Source of the DNA: an uncultured Flavobacteriaceae bacterium
Lineage (GTDB): Bacteria > Bacteroidota > Bacteroidia > Flavobacteriales > Flavobacteriaceae
DNA: 64,000 bases
Reading direction: 5' to 3'
NCBI GenBank assembly: GCA_905480425.1
Contig: CAJQQG010000013.1
Coordinates: 5,017-69,016 of the forward strand
A model generated the notes under the pieces. It saw nothing but the letters and a program-made list of their open reading frames with translations. It was not told where the DNA came from and did no database searches. Positions 40,043 to 49,433 of this stretch are shown piece by piece; positions within the stretch are counted from its first letter, which is position 1, and each line of letters begins with the position of its first letter. The position numbers and the translations under genes were made by a program.

Positions 40043-41497
40043 TTACATAGTAAAGCCTTCTCGATAGTCTCGAGTTACAAACTGATTTGCGGCATCTAGG
40101 TTTGTGACTCTCATTTTTTCACCATCCCATAGGAGCTTTTTACGTGCATAGTAATCCATTTTTCCATTTTCTTTTTCTTCACGAAGCATAAAACTTCTAA
40201 TGGCTAAATTCCCCATCAAAACAGTTTCTGTCATAGGTCCAGCATAATCAAAAGAAGAGGTTAGCCCCATATGTTCCTTACTATTAAAACCAGCTTTACA
40301 TGCATCTACCCATTTCCGCTGGTGACCATATTCTGGTTCTATCATTTCTTCAACTTCAGGGCCAAATTCTGTAGTACCGTCATAACGATATAATTTTGGC
40401 ATTAAGGGTGAACTGTCGTTAATGTTGGTAGTAATAATACCTTTCTCACCAATCATCATAACCCCATTAGCACTATCATCACCTCCAATATCACTATTTG
40501 CAGGAATAATATCTGGGTGAGGGGGGCGAATTCCACCATCGCTCCAGCTCATTTTAATAGGTGATTTGCTTTTCTCTGTTGCACCAAAATTTATGCTAAT
40601 TAAAGAGGAGGGAGGACATCCTTCTGGAAGATAGTCAGCCGTCCACATTTTAGAATAAACACTTCCAATACTACATTCTGCAGAGGTTGGATACTTTAAT
40701 CCTAAAGTACGGAACGGAATGTCTATAAGATGACATCCAACATCTCCTAGGGCACCAGTTCCATAGTCCCACCATCCACGCCAGCTGAACGGGTGCATGT
40801 TAGGAGTATATGGTTTTTCTTTTGCAGGTCCGAGCCATAAATCCCAATTTAAGGCATCAGGTTTCATACTAGAGTTTGATTTTGGCATGGCAACTCCTTG
40901 AGGCCAAACAGGCCGATTAGTCCATATTTTAACTTCAGAAATTGCACCGACAGCATTAGTGTCAATCCAATTTTGGACCATATTTAACAGTGGATTTGAC
41001 CCACCTTGGTTCCCCATTTGAGTAACAACTTTTTGATCACGTGCCATTTTTGTCAGGATTCTTGCTTCACTAATGTTGTGCGTCATAGGTTTTTGAACAT
41101 AAACATGCTTTCCACGTTGCATAGCAAATGCAGCAGCAGGTCCATGTAAATGATCTGGAGTTGATATAGTTACTGCATCTATATCTTTTTCTTTATCGAG
41201 CATTTCACGATAATCGGCATAATGTTTTGCTTTAGGAAATTTTTTGGCCGTTCTTGAGGCACTACCCGAAAAATCAACATCACAAAGTGCGACTACACGT
41301 TCTCTTCCCTTTACAGAGGCATTGCTAATATCACTAGCACCTTTTCCTCCAGAACCAATAGCGGCAAGATTAAGTTGATCACTTGGTGCAATAAAACCTG
41401 GACCACCAAGAACGTTCCTTGGAACTATCATGATAGATGAGGCGACTAATCCCTTTTTAATAAAATTTCGTCTTGAATCTTTTTTATTCTTTTTCAT
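40043..41497 (-). CDS. Gfo/Idh/MocA-family oxidoreductase with twin-arginine (Tat) signal
   Basis: N-terminal DSRRNFIKKGLVASS Tat motif, a Rossmann segment (LAAIGSGGKGASD) and the Gfo/Idh/MocA core (DAVTISTPDHLH). Confidence 0.8.
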   Translation of the reverse strand: MKKNKKDSRRNFIKKGLVASSIMIVPRNVLGGPGFIAPSDQLNLAAIGSGGKGASDISNASVKGRERVVALCDVDFSGSASRTAKKFPKAKHYADYREMLDKEKDIDAVTISTPDHLHGPAAAFAMQRGKHVYVQKPMTHNISEARILTKMARDQKVVTQMGNQGGSNPLLNMVQNWIDTNAVGAISEVKIWTNRPVWPQGVAMPKSNSSMKPDALNWDLWLGPAKEKPYTPNMHPFSWRGWWDYGTGALGDVGCHLIDIPFRTLGLKYPTSAECSIGSVYSKMWTADYLPEGCPPSSLISINFGATEKSKSPIKMSWSDGGIRPPHPDIIPANSDIGGDDSANGVMMIGEKGIITTNINDSSPLMPKLYRYDGTTEFGPEVEEMIEPEYGHQRKWVDACKAGFNSKEHMGLTSSFDYAGPMTETVLMGNLAIRSFMLREEKENGKMDYYARKKLLWDGEKMRVTNLDAANQFVTRDYREGFTM

Positions 41498-41708
41498 TTT
41501 CCTATTAATTTTTCGATCTATAAATATAGATATTTTTATGTAAATTAATATTGAAGGGTTTTTATATTATTTAGATGAATTCATCATTTTTTATTGAGGC
41601 TGATTTAGTCGTAATATTTAAAAAAATAATTTTTCATAACATAAGAAAGATGATAATATTTTAGGACCTCTTTCAAACCTAACTTTTAATTTCTGAGAAT
41701 TTATATGC

Positions 41709-41716
41709 TATATTTG
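41709..41716 (+). promoter_or_regulatory. Bacteroidota-type -7 box TATATTTG upstream of the S10 peptidase gene
   Basis: Motif read from the sequence 18 nt upstream of ATG 41735. Confidence 0.35.
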
Positions 41717-41734
41717 AGTATACAATTCTAACTC

Positions 41735-43243
41735 ATGAAAAATTCCCTTAAACTTATTACACTTTATCTTGTTGCTTTCTCTTCAACATTAAATGCACAG
41801 AAATTTACAGATACAATTTTAAAAGCAGAGGTTTTTTCAAGTATTCAATCACTTAAAATAGGGTCTCAAAATTTAAAATTTCATGCAAAAGCTGGCACAA
41901 TGGAGCTACGAGATGAAATGAATAAACCAATTGCTTTACATGGTTTTACAGCTTATTTTAAAGAAGACGGTAATAAAGATAGGCCTATTATTTTTTCTTT
42001 TAATGGTGGACCAGGGTCTTCATCTTATTGGTTGCACATGGGTATTATGGGGCCTAAAAGAATTGTGGTAGACGATCCTAATTACAATAAAGCTTCACCA
42101 TATATTTTAGAAGATAATCCCTATTCTATTTTAGATATAGCAGATGTAGTAATGATGGATCCAATTGGTACTGGATTAAGTGAATTATTGGGAGAAAGTA
42201 AAGGCAAAGATTTTTGGGGAGTAGACCAAGATATTAGAGCTACAAGTTTGTTTATAATGCAATTTCTAAAAAAATACGATCGTTTACAGTCACCAAAATA
42301 CCTTTTAGGAGAAAGCTACGGAACCTTCAGAAATGCAGGTGTAATGAATTATCTATTAGATCGAGGGTTCGCAATGAACGGCGTAGTAATGGTTTCAGCA
42401 GTTTTTGACTTAAGAACGTTAACCTTTCCTCCAAATGATGACCTGCCTTATATTGTTCACTTTCCAACCTTCGCGGCAACGGCACACTATCACAAAAAGT
42501 TAAATGATGCTATGCAGTCAAAAAAAATCAAGGAATTTCTTGACGAGGTTAGAGAATTTACTGAAAATGAATATACCCCTGCCTTGTTTAAAGGCACAAG
42601 ATTAACACAAAAGGATAAAATTAAAATTGCTGAAAAGATGGCAGAATATGCTGGCGGTACACCTCAATTTTGGATACGTGCAAATCTTAAGATTAAAGCA
42701 AGTGAATATTTTAATGAACTATTACGAGAAGATGGAAAAACAGTTGGAAGATTAGATTCAAGATATATTGGAATTAATGAAAATCCTAACAGTCAATATG
42801 GAGGCACAGACCCTCAAAGTGATGCAATTTCTCCTGCATATACTATTGGTTTTTTAGATTATTTATATGGCTCACTTGGGGTTTCAAAAGAATTGAACTA
42901 TAAAACAAGTGCTAGAGTAGACAAAGATTTTAAGTGGGATTGGAGTCACCGAGGTAATCAAGGATGGGGAACACAAATTGCAATTAACACTTCAATTGAC
43001 ATGGCTAGTGCTATGACTAAAGATCCCAATATGAAGGTTTTGATAATGAATGGATATTATGATCTAGCTACTGTTTTTTATGGTGTTGAACATACGGTTG
43101 ATCATATGAATTTAGCACCAGAACTTCAAGACAATATTATAATGAAGTATTATGAGTCTGGACATATGATGTACATTCATCCGCCATCTATGAAAAAATT
43201 TAAAACGGATTTAGATAATTTCATTAATCTTACCTTAAGATAA
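41735..43243 (+). CDS. S10-family serine carboxypeptidase (secreted)
   Basis: Signal peptide, NGGPGSSS oxyanion region, catalytic GESYG (LLGESYGTF) and a C-terminal SGHMMY histidine motif. Confidence 0.8.
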   Translation: MKNSLKLITLYLVAFSSTLNAQKFTDTILKAEVFSSIQSLKIGSQNLKFHAKAGTMELRDEMNKPIALHGFTAYFKEDGNKDRPIIFSFNGGPGSSSYWLHMGIMGPKRIVVDDPNYNKASPYILEDNPYSILDIADVVMMDPIGTGLSELLGESKGKDFWGVDQDIRATSLFIMQFLKKYDRLQSPKYLLGESYGTFRNAGVMNYLLDRGFAMNGVVMVSAVFDLRTLTFPPNDDLPYIVHFPTFAATAHYHKKLNDAMQSKKIKEFLDEVREFTENEYTPALFKGTRLTQKDKIKIAEKMAEYAGGTPQFWIRANLKIKASEYFNELLREDGKTVGRLDSRYIGINENPNSQYGGTDPQSDAISPAYTIGFLDYLYGSLGVSKELNYKTSARVDKDFKWDWSHRGNQGWGTQIAINTSIDMASAMTKDPNMKVLIMNGYYDLATVFYGVEHTVDHMNLAPELQDNIIMKYYESGHMMYIHPPSMKKFKTDLDNFINLTLR

Positions 43244-43280
43244 TTAAGGATCGATTTAACCACTTTTAAACAATAATACC

Positions 43281-43694
43281 ATGAGAAACTCACTAATTTT
43301 TTGTTTTATTATAGTTTCTTCTCTTGCTTTTTCTCAACGGGGAAAAACTGGTGACAAAACATTTGCAGATAGATTTCCTCAAGACGCACAAACTCTTTCT
43401 AGTGCATCATTAAAAATGGTAAATGAAGTTGATCATGATATTATTGTATTAGTAAGAGATCAAGAAAAGAAATATTTACGGCATGTATATATTCGGAATA
43501 ATGATGAATATACTTTTTCAGATCTTCCCATTACACGATTATATGTTCAGTTTAAGTCTAAAGAATTTTACTATGAGGATAAAGAATTAACGGTTATAAA
43601 TTTTGGAGAAAAACATACCTTTAACTTTTTCTTTGATCCTTCAAAAATTCAAAATTATATAATGATTTCGGAAGAAGAATTTTTTAAACCATAG
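43281..43694 (+). CDS. small secreted hypothetical protein
   Basis: 137 aa with a signal peptide (MRNSLIFCFIIVSSLAFSQ). I recognise no family motif. Confidence 0.4.
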   Translation: MRNSLIFCFIIVSSLAFSQRGKTGDKTFADRFPQDAQTLSSASLKMVNEVDHDIIVLVRDQEKKYLRHVYIRNNDEYTFSDLPITRLYVQFKSKEFYYEDKELTVINFGEKHTFNFFFDPSKIQNYIMISEEEFFKP

Positions 43695-43793
43695 TTTTTC
43701 AGCAAAGAAATTTTATTTTCTGTCAGACATATAAATTGGTATTTTTTGTAATAAGCTTAAAATTGCAAGAAGAAAAATTTTATAAATGGGTTT

Positions 43794-45338
43794 TTAATGA
43801 AAAATAATATGTAATAATATTAATGAAATTAACATTCCCAACCCTAGCTTTTTAATCTGATTAGAATCAGAATGAATAAGACTTTTTATCCTTTTAAATT
43901 TAGTTTTCGAAAATAACTTTATCATAAAAAAACTTATTAAAATAACCCACATAGCTCTTACAAAATAATTCATATCAGGGAATATGAATTTAAGTATAAG
44001 TTGCAAAATAATCGTAGCGAAAAAAGCAACTAAAGTTATTTTATGTTTAGGAGCTACTAAAAATATTGCGGCACATATTAGAACAACAATACCACAGTTG
44101 ATATAATATCTTAGTTCGTTAAGTGTGTGAGTAAAAGCATCATCAGGATTCGAAAATTTTAAGTTTAATAAAATAATACCGATGGTTGCGCCAGTTGTGA
44201 AGCCGAACAAAATTGCTCGTTTTCCAGCATTTATAGTTTGAAGATCTGTAGCGTTTTTATTGATGTATTCTTTATAAATATCAATTGACCACAGTGTAGC
44301 CAATGAGTTGAAAGTAGAATCAACTGTACTCATTAGGGATGCAAATAATGCACATAATACCAGCCCTTTAGCTCCCATTGGTAGGTAAGTATTAACAAGA
44401 TATGGGAATGCCATATCAGGATCAGAGAGGCCATTCTGGCCTAATATACCAACTAATGCAATTCCTGGAACCACAATAATTATGGCCATAAAATATTTCA
44501 TCAAGCCACCTACAATAAGTCCAATTTGAGCATGTTTAAGACTTTTTGCTGCAAGTGAACGTTGAATCACAGATTGATTAGCACACCAATAATTAATATT
44601 CAAAAGGAAGAGTCCGAAAACATGGGTCCACGGTAATTTTTCATGATCCGAAGGGAGATGAAGGTGCATCATTTCTGGAGTTTTTATGTATAACTGAGAC
44701 CAGCCACCTAATTGGTGCACTGCAATGAACATTACAATTATACCTCCAATAAGTAAAACAACGAATTGAATTATATCAGTCCTTACAACTGCAGTTAGGC
44801 CACCAAGATATGTATATATAGTTGAAAAAATACCTAAGACCAAAATTAGAATAGCAATTCTAGTAAGTCGATCTCCATGAATTATAGACAAGTATTTCCC
44901 AAAAACGATATCAGCAGCATATGCGCCCCAGAAAAGGGCAGCACCAATAGTAATTGTAGAAAATAAAAGAATATTTGATAGCGAGTATACTAAAGCCACT
45001 TTTTTACCTAAACGACTTTTTATAAACTGGGTAATGGTTACTATTTTATCTTTCAAATAATAGGGAACAAAAATGAAAGCTGCAAATAGTATACCTTGTA
45101 TTGCATTAATTTCTAAACTGGCTTGCGCTAGTCCATAGAGATATGCAGATCCCATCATACCCAAGAATTGATACCCCTGAATATTAGTTGCAATAGTGGA
45201 AAAAGCAATAGATGGCCACTTTAAGCTTCTAGAACTCAAAAAGTATTCCTCAGTTGTTACTTCTTTTGTTTGCTTTCCAGATATGGCTACTATAATCACC
45301 ACTGTAAAATATAAAGCTACTATTAGTAAATCTATCAT
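43794..45338 (-). CDS. sodium:solute symporter (SSF/SGLT-type) family transporter
   Basis: 514 aa, about 13-14 TM, with the N-terminal YFLSSRSL...TIATNIQGYQFLGMMG pattern typical of SSF. Confidence 0.8.
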   Translation of the reverse strand: MIDLLIVALYFTVVIIVAISGKQTKEVTTEEYFLSSRSLKWPSIAFSTIATNIQGYQFLGMMGSAYLYGLAQASLEINAIQGILFAAFIFVPYYLKDKIVTITQFIKSRLGKKVALVYSLSNILLFSTITIGAALFWGAYAADIVFGKYLSIIHGDRLTRIAILILVLGIFSTIYTYLGGLTAVVRTDIIQFVVLLIGGIIVMFIAVHQLGGWSQLYIKTPEMMHLHLPSDHEKLPWTHVFGLFLLNINYWCANQSVIQRSLAAKSLKHAQIGLIVGGLMKYFMAIIIVVPGIALVGILGQNGLSDPDMAFPYLVNTYLPMGAKGLVLCALFASLMSTVDSTFNSLATLWSIDIYKEYINKNATDLQTINAGKRAILFGFTTGATIGIILLNLKFSNPDDAFTHTLNELRYYINCGIVVLICAAIFLVAPKHKITLVAFFATIILQLILKFIFPDMNYFVRAMWVILISFFMIKLFSKTKFKRIKSLIHSDSNQIKKLGLGMLISLILLHIIFH

Positions 45339-45364
45339 TTTATATAATTAGTTTAAGCTTTATG

Positions 45365-46519
45365 CTAAACTCTAGTCCCTGCAGCCAAAGGTGTCAATGG
45401 CTCATTAATTGGCATTTTATTTTGTTCTTGAAGTAAAGAAATTGTTTTTAGTTTTGGAAGTACAAGTTTTGCAAATATTTTACATTCCTCTTTATGGGGA
45501 TATCCAGATAAAATAAATGACCTTATTCCCATTTTCATGTATTTATTTAACTTATTAATGATTTGATCTGGATTACCAACTATGGCTGCACCGCATCCAG
45601 ATCTGCCTTTACCAATACCTGTCCACAAGTTAGGTTCAATATAGCCATCCTTTTTTGATAAATCTCTCATTTTTTTTTGTCTACTAACCCCTAAGGATTT
45701 TGAATCAAGAGCTCTTTCTCTTATTTCCGTTCCCTTTTCAATTTCAAGTTTTGAAATAATACTGTTTGCATATTCACGGGCCTCCTCTTCTGTTTCTCTA
45801 ACAACCACATGAACACGTAGTCCAAAATCAATTTCACGGTTGAATTTAGCTGCTTTATCACTCAAATTCTCCATTAAAGATTTCAAATTATCTTCTGTTT
45901 CAGGCCACATTAAATACACATCACAATGTTCTGCACACAAATCTAAAGCACTTGGAGAATAACCACCAAAGTATAGCATTGGTCCACCATTTTGATAAGG
46001 CTTAACGGGGTTTGTAGGTAATTTTAAATTATAGAATTGTCCTTTAAAATTAATTTCTTCTTTATTCCAAGATTGTTTCAGTATTTCGATGACTTCCCTA
46101 GAACGCTGATATCTATCCTGTGATGACATATCTTCACCGGGTAAGTTAGATGAAATTATATTTATGGTTAATCTTCCTTTTAAGATGTGATCTATTGTAG
46201 ACAATGTACGAGCCAACATTGGGGGATGAATTTCTCCACACCGTATTGCGGCTAAAATATTTATATTTTTTGTTAACGGGGATACAGCAGAAACAAATGG
46301 CAAAGTGTCCTGGCCAACTTGATATGATGAAGGACATAGAATATTTCGATATCCTAGATCATCTGCTGTAAGTAATATATCAGAGGTATTTTCCCAACTG
46401 CTTTTGTACTTTCCATTTCGTTCTCCTAAATATCTATCATCACCATCACAAATCGGTGCAAACCAAGATATTTCAGCTCCTATAAGTTCTTTTGAGCGAA
46501 TTTTTATTTTTTCTTCCAT
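45365..46519 (-). CDS. LLM-class flavin-dependent monooxygenase, SsuD (alkanesulfonate monooxygenase)-like
   Basis: By-eye colinearity with E. coli SsuD: YFGGYS...DVYLMWPE, FGLRVHVVVRETEEEA, EPNLWTGIGKGRSGCGAAIVGNPDQI, SFILSGYPHKEE. Confidence 0.75.
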   Translation of the reverse strand: MEEKIKIRSKELIGAEISWFAPICDGDDRYLGERNGKYKSSWENTSDILLTADDLGYRNILCPSSYQVGQDTLPFVSAVSPLTKNINILAAIRCGEIHPPMLARTLSTIDHILKGRLTINIISSNLPGEDMSSQDRYQRSREVIEILKQSWNKEEINFKGQFYNLKLPTNPVKPYQNGGPMLYFGGYSPSALDLCAEHCDVYLMWPETEDNLKSLMENLSDKAAKFNREIDFGLRVHVVVRETEEEAREYANSIISKLEIEKGTEIRERALDSKSLGVSRQKKMRDLSKKDGYIEPNLWTGIGKGRSGCGAAIVGNPDQIINKLNKYMKMGIRSFILSGYPHKEECKIFAKLVLPKLKTISLLQEQNKMPINEPLTPLAAGTRV

Positions 46520-46529
46520 GCAAAATTAT

Positions 46530-47459
46530 TTAATTACTATTTATAAAATTTAATAATAAATTTAAACTTTCAAGGGGTCTTTCTTCCATTGGTATGTGAC
46601 CTGTTTTTTGCATTATATTAATTACTGTATTTGGTAATTCTTTTTCAAAAAGTGTAGCATTTGAAACAGGGATCCAAGCATCCTCATTCCCCCAAATAAT
46701 TTGTGTTGGAGTTGAGATAAACTTTAGTCTATCAGTATAATCTTGGGGTTTTAAAAGCGACCGATCAATAAAAGATTCTCTATTATTTTCTCTTAATACC
46801 ATATCTCTGTAAGTGTCTATTTTTTTATTAGTTAATTTGGTCTTATCATAGTAAACTTCTTTTAAAGTGTTCTTTATAAAAAACCTTGGTGTAACATACC
46901 TAAGCAGTTTATTAATTATTGGAGTTTTTGCTAATTTAATTACAAATGGACTTCCTTTATCCTTATTTATAAATCCTGATGGATTTAAAAGGCATAGCAG
47001 TTTAATCTTATCTTGATATTCCGAGGCATAAAACCACGCAATTGCTCCGCCTAAAGAATTCCCTGAAAGAATAAAGTCATCAATTTGAAGGAGTTCAACA
47101 AACGAATTAAGAAAATTAGAATAATCTGAAATCAAGTATTTTTTTTCGGGATGGGGTCCAGTCAAACCATAAGCTGGAAGATCTAAACGAATCACCCTAT
47201 ATTTTTTTTTCAACTCTTTTGTCCATTTGTCCCATGTATGTAAAGAAGCACCAGTACCATGTAATAAAACAATAACTTGACCAATTCCTTCGTCACGATA
47301 ATGGACATCCATTCCATCAATCTGAATAAATTTTGAAAATTGATTAGTATATTTTATTTTTAATTCAGAAACGGGAATATCAGGCGAATGTGAAGCCAAT
47401 CCTAACAAAAAGGTTACACATAAAAGAATCAGGATTAATGAAGATTTTTTAATTTTCAT
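46530..47459 (-). CDS. exported alpha/beta hydrolase
   Basis: Signal peptide (MKIKKSSLILILLCVTFLLG), HGTGAS oxyanion region, nucleophile elbow GNSLGG and a C-terminal TGHIPMEE. I chose the start at 47459 (the track starts at 47483). Confidence 0.75.
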   Translation of the reverse strand: MKIKKSSLILILLCVTFLLGLASHSPDIPVSELKIKYTNQFSKFIQIDGMDVHYRDEGIGQVIVLLHGTGASLHTWDKWTKELKKKYRVIRLDLPAYGLTGPHPEKKYLISDYSNFLNSFVELLQIDDFILSGNSLGGAIAWFYASEYQDKIKLLCLLNPSGFINKDKGSPFVIKLAKTPIINKLLRYVTPRFFIKNTLKEVYYDKTKLTNKKIDTYRDMVLRENNRESFIDRSLLKPQDYTDRLKFISTPTQIIWGNEDAWIPVSNATLFEKELPNTVINIMQKTGHIPMEERPLESLNLLLNFINSN

Positions 47460-47561
47460 ATTGAAAAAATTTAACAAAATCATTTTTTATTAAGATACTA
47501 AGTTTGTTGTAAATATCAATTCTCTATTTTTACTTTAATATTTTATGAATATTTTGGAGTT

Positions 47562-49175
47562 ATGAGAAAATCTTTATTGTCGATAGTATCTTTTTTTGGA
47601 CTATTTACGGTAAGCTGTTCTAATATTGAATTCAATGAGATAACATCAAAAGTTGTTATTGTTCAGCCAATTGTTATACAATCTGACAATGGCAATCATC
47701 CAGCTAAAATCAATTTATCGGAAAAATTAGTAGATAGAGCATATTCAAAAGCGGATATTGACTTTCTGTATTTAGAACCTTTGTATTATAATAATACTAA
47801 AGCTAGAGAGGGTAAAATAAATTTAGACAGTATAGTTTCCCTTGCTAAAATAAACAATATTTTAAGAGGGCAAAATGATATAGTTAACATGTTTTTTGTA
47901 AATGCTATTGATGGTAATTCAGGACCCACAGGAAGAGGAATGATGAATGGGAATATAGTTTTTATAGCGCTTGGTAATGATGAAAAATCAAATAGTGGGG
48001 ATTTGGATAGTATGAATGCTTTCGTAGTTGCACATGAGGTCGGCCACAATCTTGGCTTAAAACATGTTGTTGATGATCCAAATATAAATGATTCACTTCC
48101 TAATATTCAAGGTGATGGAGATTTTAAAGACAGAATTGATCCAAAATATAGCCTTACAGATTTTCAGATTAAAGAAATATATAATAGTCCTCTAGTTCAT
48201 TCTAGGATTAGTTTTCTCAGTAAAAACGAAGCAAGTATTGCAATTTTAGATGAATCTTTTGAACCTTATTTTTCTAACCTTCAGGTTAAAGAAATATCAA
48301 CTTTTGTTCAAGAAAAAGCACCAATAGATATTGATTCTGCAAGAGTATTTGCTAAAAAGAAATTTTCTTCTGCAGTTTTAGATTTTAGCCCTGACGAAAA
48401 AGAGGTCTTGTTTTTTGTTGTAAACAAAACCAATAAATGGTTATTGGATAATGAAATTAACTTAATGGCAAATCAACCATGGAGGTTCATTAAAATCGAC
48501 AATTGGCTTTGTGGAGGTTTTGCTCATACAAGGGGTTCTTTTATCATTATAAGTCAAGCTTATCTTGATCGGTTGACAGTTGACTGGAATGCCGTTATGA
48601 GTAAAGAAAAAGAATCAAGATTAGTAACTTCATTAGGAGGTCTATTGGTTCATGAACAAATGCATTCATTACAAAGAACTTTTAAATCTAAATTTGATAG
48701 ACTTTATTCTAAAAACTGGAATTTTATAAAACATCAAGTCAAAGCCGAAAATGAAATTATAATTGATCAAGTATCGAATCCTGATGCACCAATAGCAGAA
48801 TGGATAATCCCCGACCCTAAAGACAAAAAAAAATTCTATTGGATCCGAACTTTAATTACAAAAAATGTTGATATTCCTATAATGGGAAGAGATTTTGTCG
48901 ATATAGCGTTTGAAATAAATAATAAAAACAATACTTATTCAGTGTCAAAGGTAAATGACACGTTGTCATCTATGCCTCTTTCAGATCTTGATTTTTATAA
49001 TAAATCTTTTCCTGTAAAAAGAGGTCTTGATCATCCAAATGAAATATCAGCTTATATGTTTTCTGATTTTTTTAAAGCTAGATATAATTCAAAGACCCCC
49101 TTTTTAAATAAAGATTCAATCTCAAATAATAATTCTAATTTTTTTTTAAAATGGATAAAATCAGAAATGAAATAA
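47562..49175 (+). CDS. lipoprotein with an N-terminal metzincin-like zinc protease domain (HEVGHNLGLKH) and a C-terminal domain carrying a second HExxH (HEQMH)
   Basis: Lipobox FTVSC. HEVGHNLGLKH is at nt 48033-48065 (HExxHxxGxxH) and HEQMH at nt 48651-48665. Confidence 0.6.
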   Translation: MRKSLLSIVSFFGLFTVSCSNIEFNEITSKVVIVQPIVIQSDNGNHPAKINLSEKLVDRAYSKADIDFLYLEPLYYNNTKAREGKINLDSIVSLAKINNILRGQNDIVNMFFVNAIDGNSGPTGRGMMNGNIVFIALGNDEKSNSGDLDSMNAFVVAHEVGHNLGLKHVVDDPNINDSLPNIQGDGDFKDRIDPKYSLTDFQIKEIYNSPLVHSRISFLSKNEASIAILDESFEPYFSNLQVKEISTFVQEKAPIDIDSARVFAKKKFSSAVLDFSPDEKEVLFFVVNKTNKWLLDNEINLMANQPWRFIKIDNWLCGGFAHTRGSFIIISQAYLDRLTVDWNAVMSKEKESRLVTSLGGLLVHEQMHSLQRTFKSKFDRLYSKNWNFIKHQVKAENEIIIDQVSNPDAPIAEWIIPDPKDKKKFYWIRTLITKNVDIPIMGRDFVDIAFEINNKNNTYSVSKVNDTLSSMPLSDLDFYNKSFPVKRGLDHPNEISAYMFSDFFKARYNSKTPFLNKDSISNNNSNFFLKWIKSEMK

Positions 49176-49331
49176 ATCTCCTAAATGGATAATCATTTTT
49201 AAATAATAAAATTTTGATAAAAGAATTTTTTAAGCCACTAAGTCAATGATTAATGTCAATTTTCTATTTCACTTTAATAATTTTGTTAATAGCCACCCAA
49301 CTTAATCTTAGAATGCAAAATATTATTATGA

Positions 49332-49364
49332 TTTTTTTTAATTCAATTATTGAATTAAAAAAAA
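49332..49364. terminator. bidirectional terminator (T8-AATTCAA-tta-TTGAATT-A8)
   Basis: A perfect 15-bp palindromic stem read from the sequence, between convergent genes. Confidence 0.6.
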
Positions 49365-49395
49365 CTTCACTAAAATTAATTAGAGAAGTTTTTTT
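49357..49395. terminator. second bidirectional terminator (A8-CTTCACTAA...TTAGAGAAG-T7)
   Basis: An imperfect 8-bp stem flanked by an A-run and a T-run. It shares the A8 run with the preceding hairpin. Confidence 0.5.
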
Positions 49396-49433
49396 GAGTT
49401 AATAAAAAAAATGAAGGATTTAATAAATAATAT

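Noticed and set aside
41516-41531. AT-only palindrome ATCTATA-aa-TATAGAT upstream of the Gfo/Idh/MocA gene. The two AAGCTT-containing repeats at about 62324-62356 are similar.
   Set aside because: Short AT-rich palindromes are expected by chance at this base composition, and there is no adjacent regulator gene to support an operator role.
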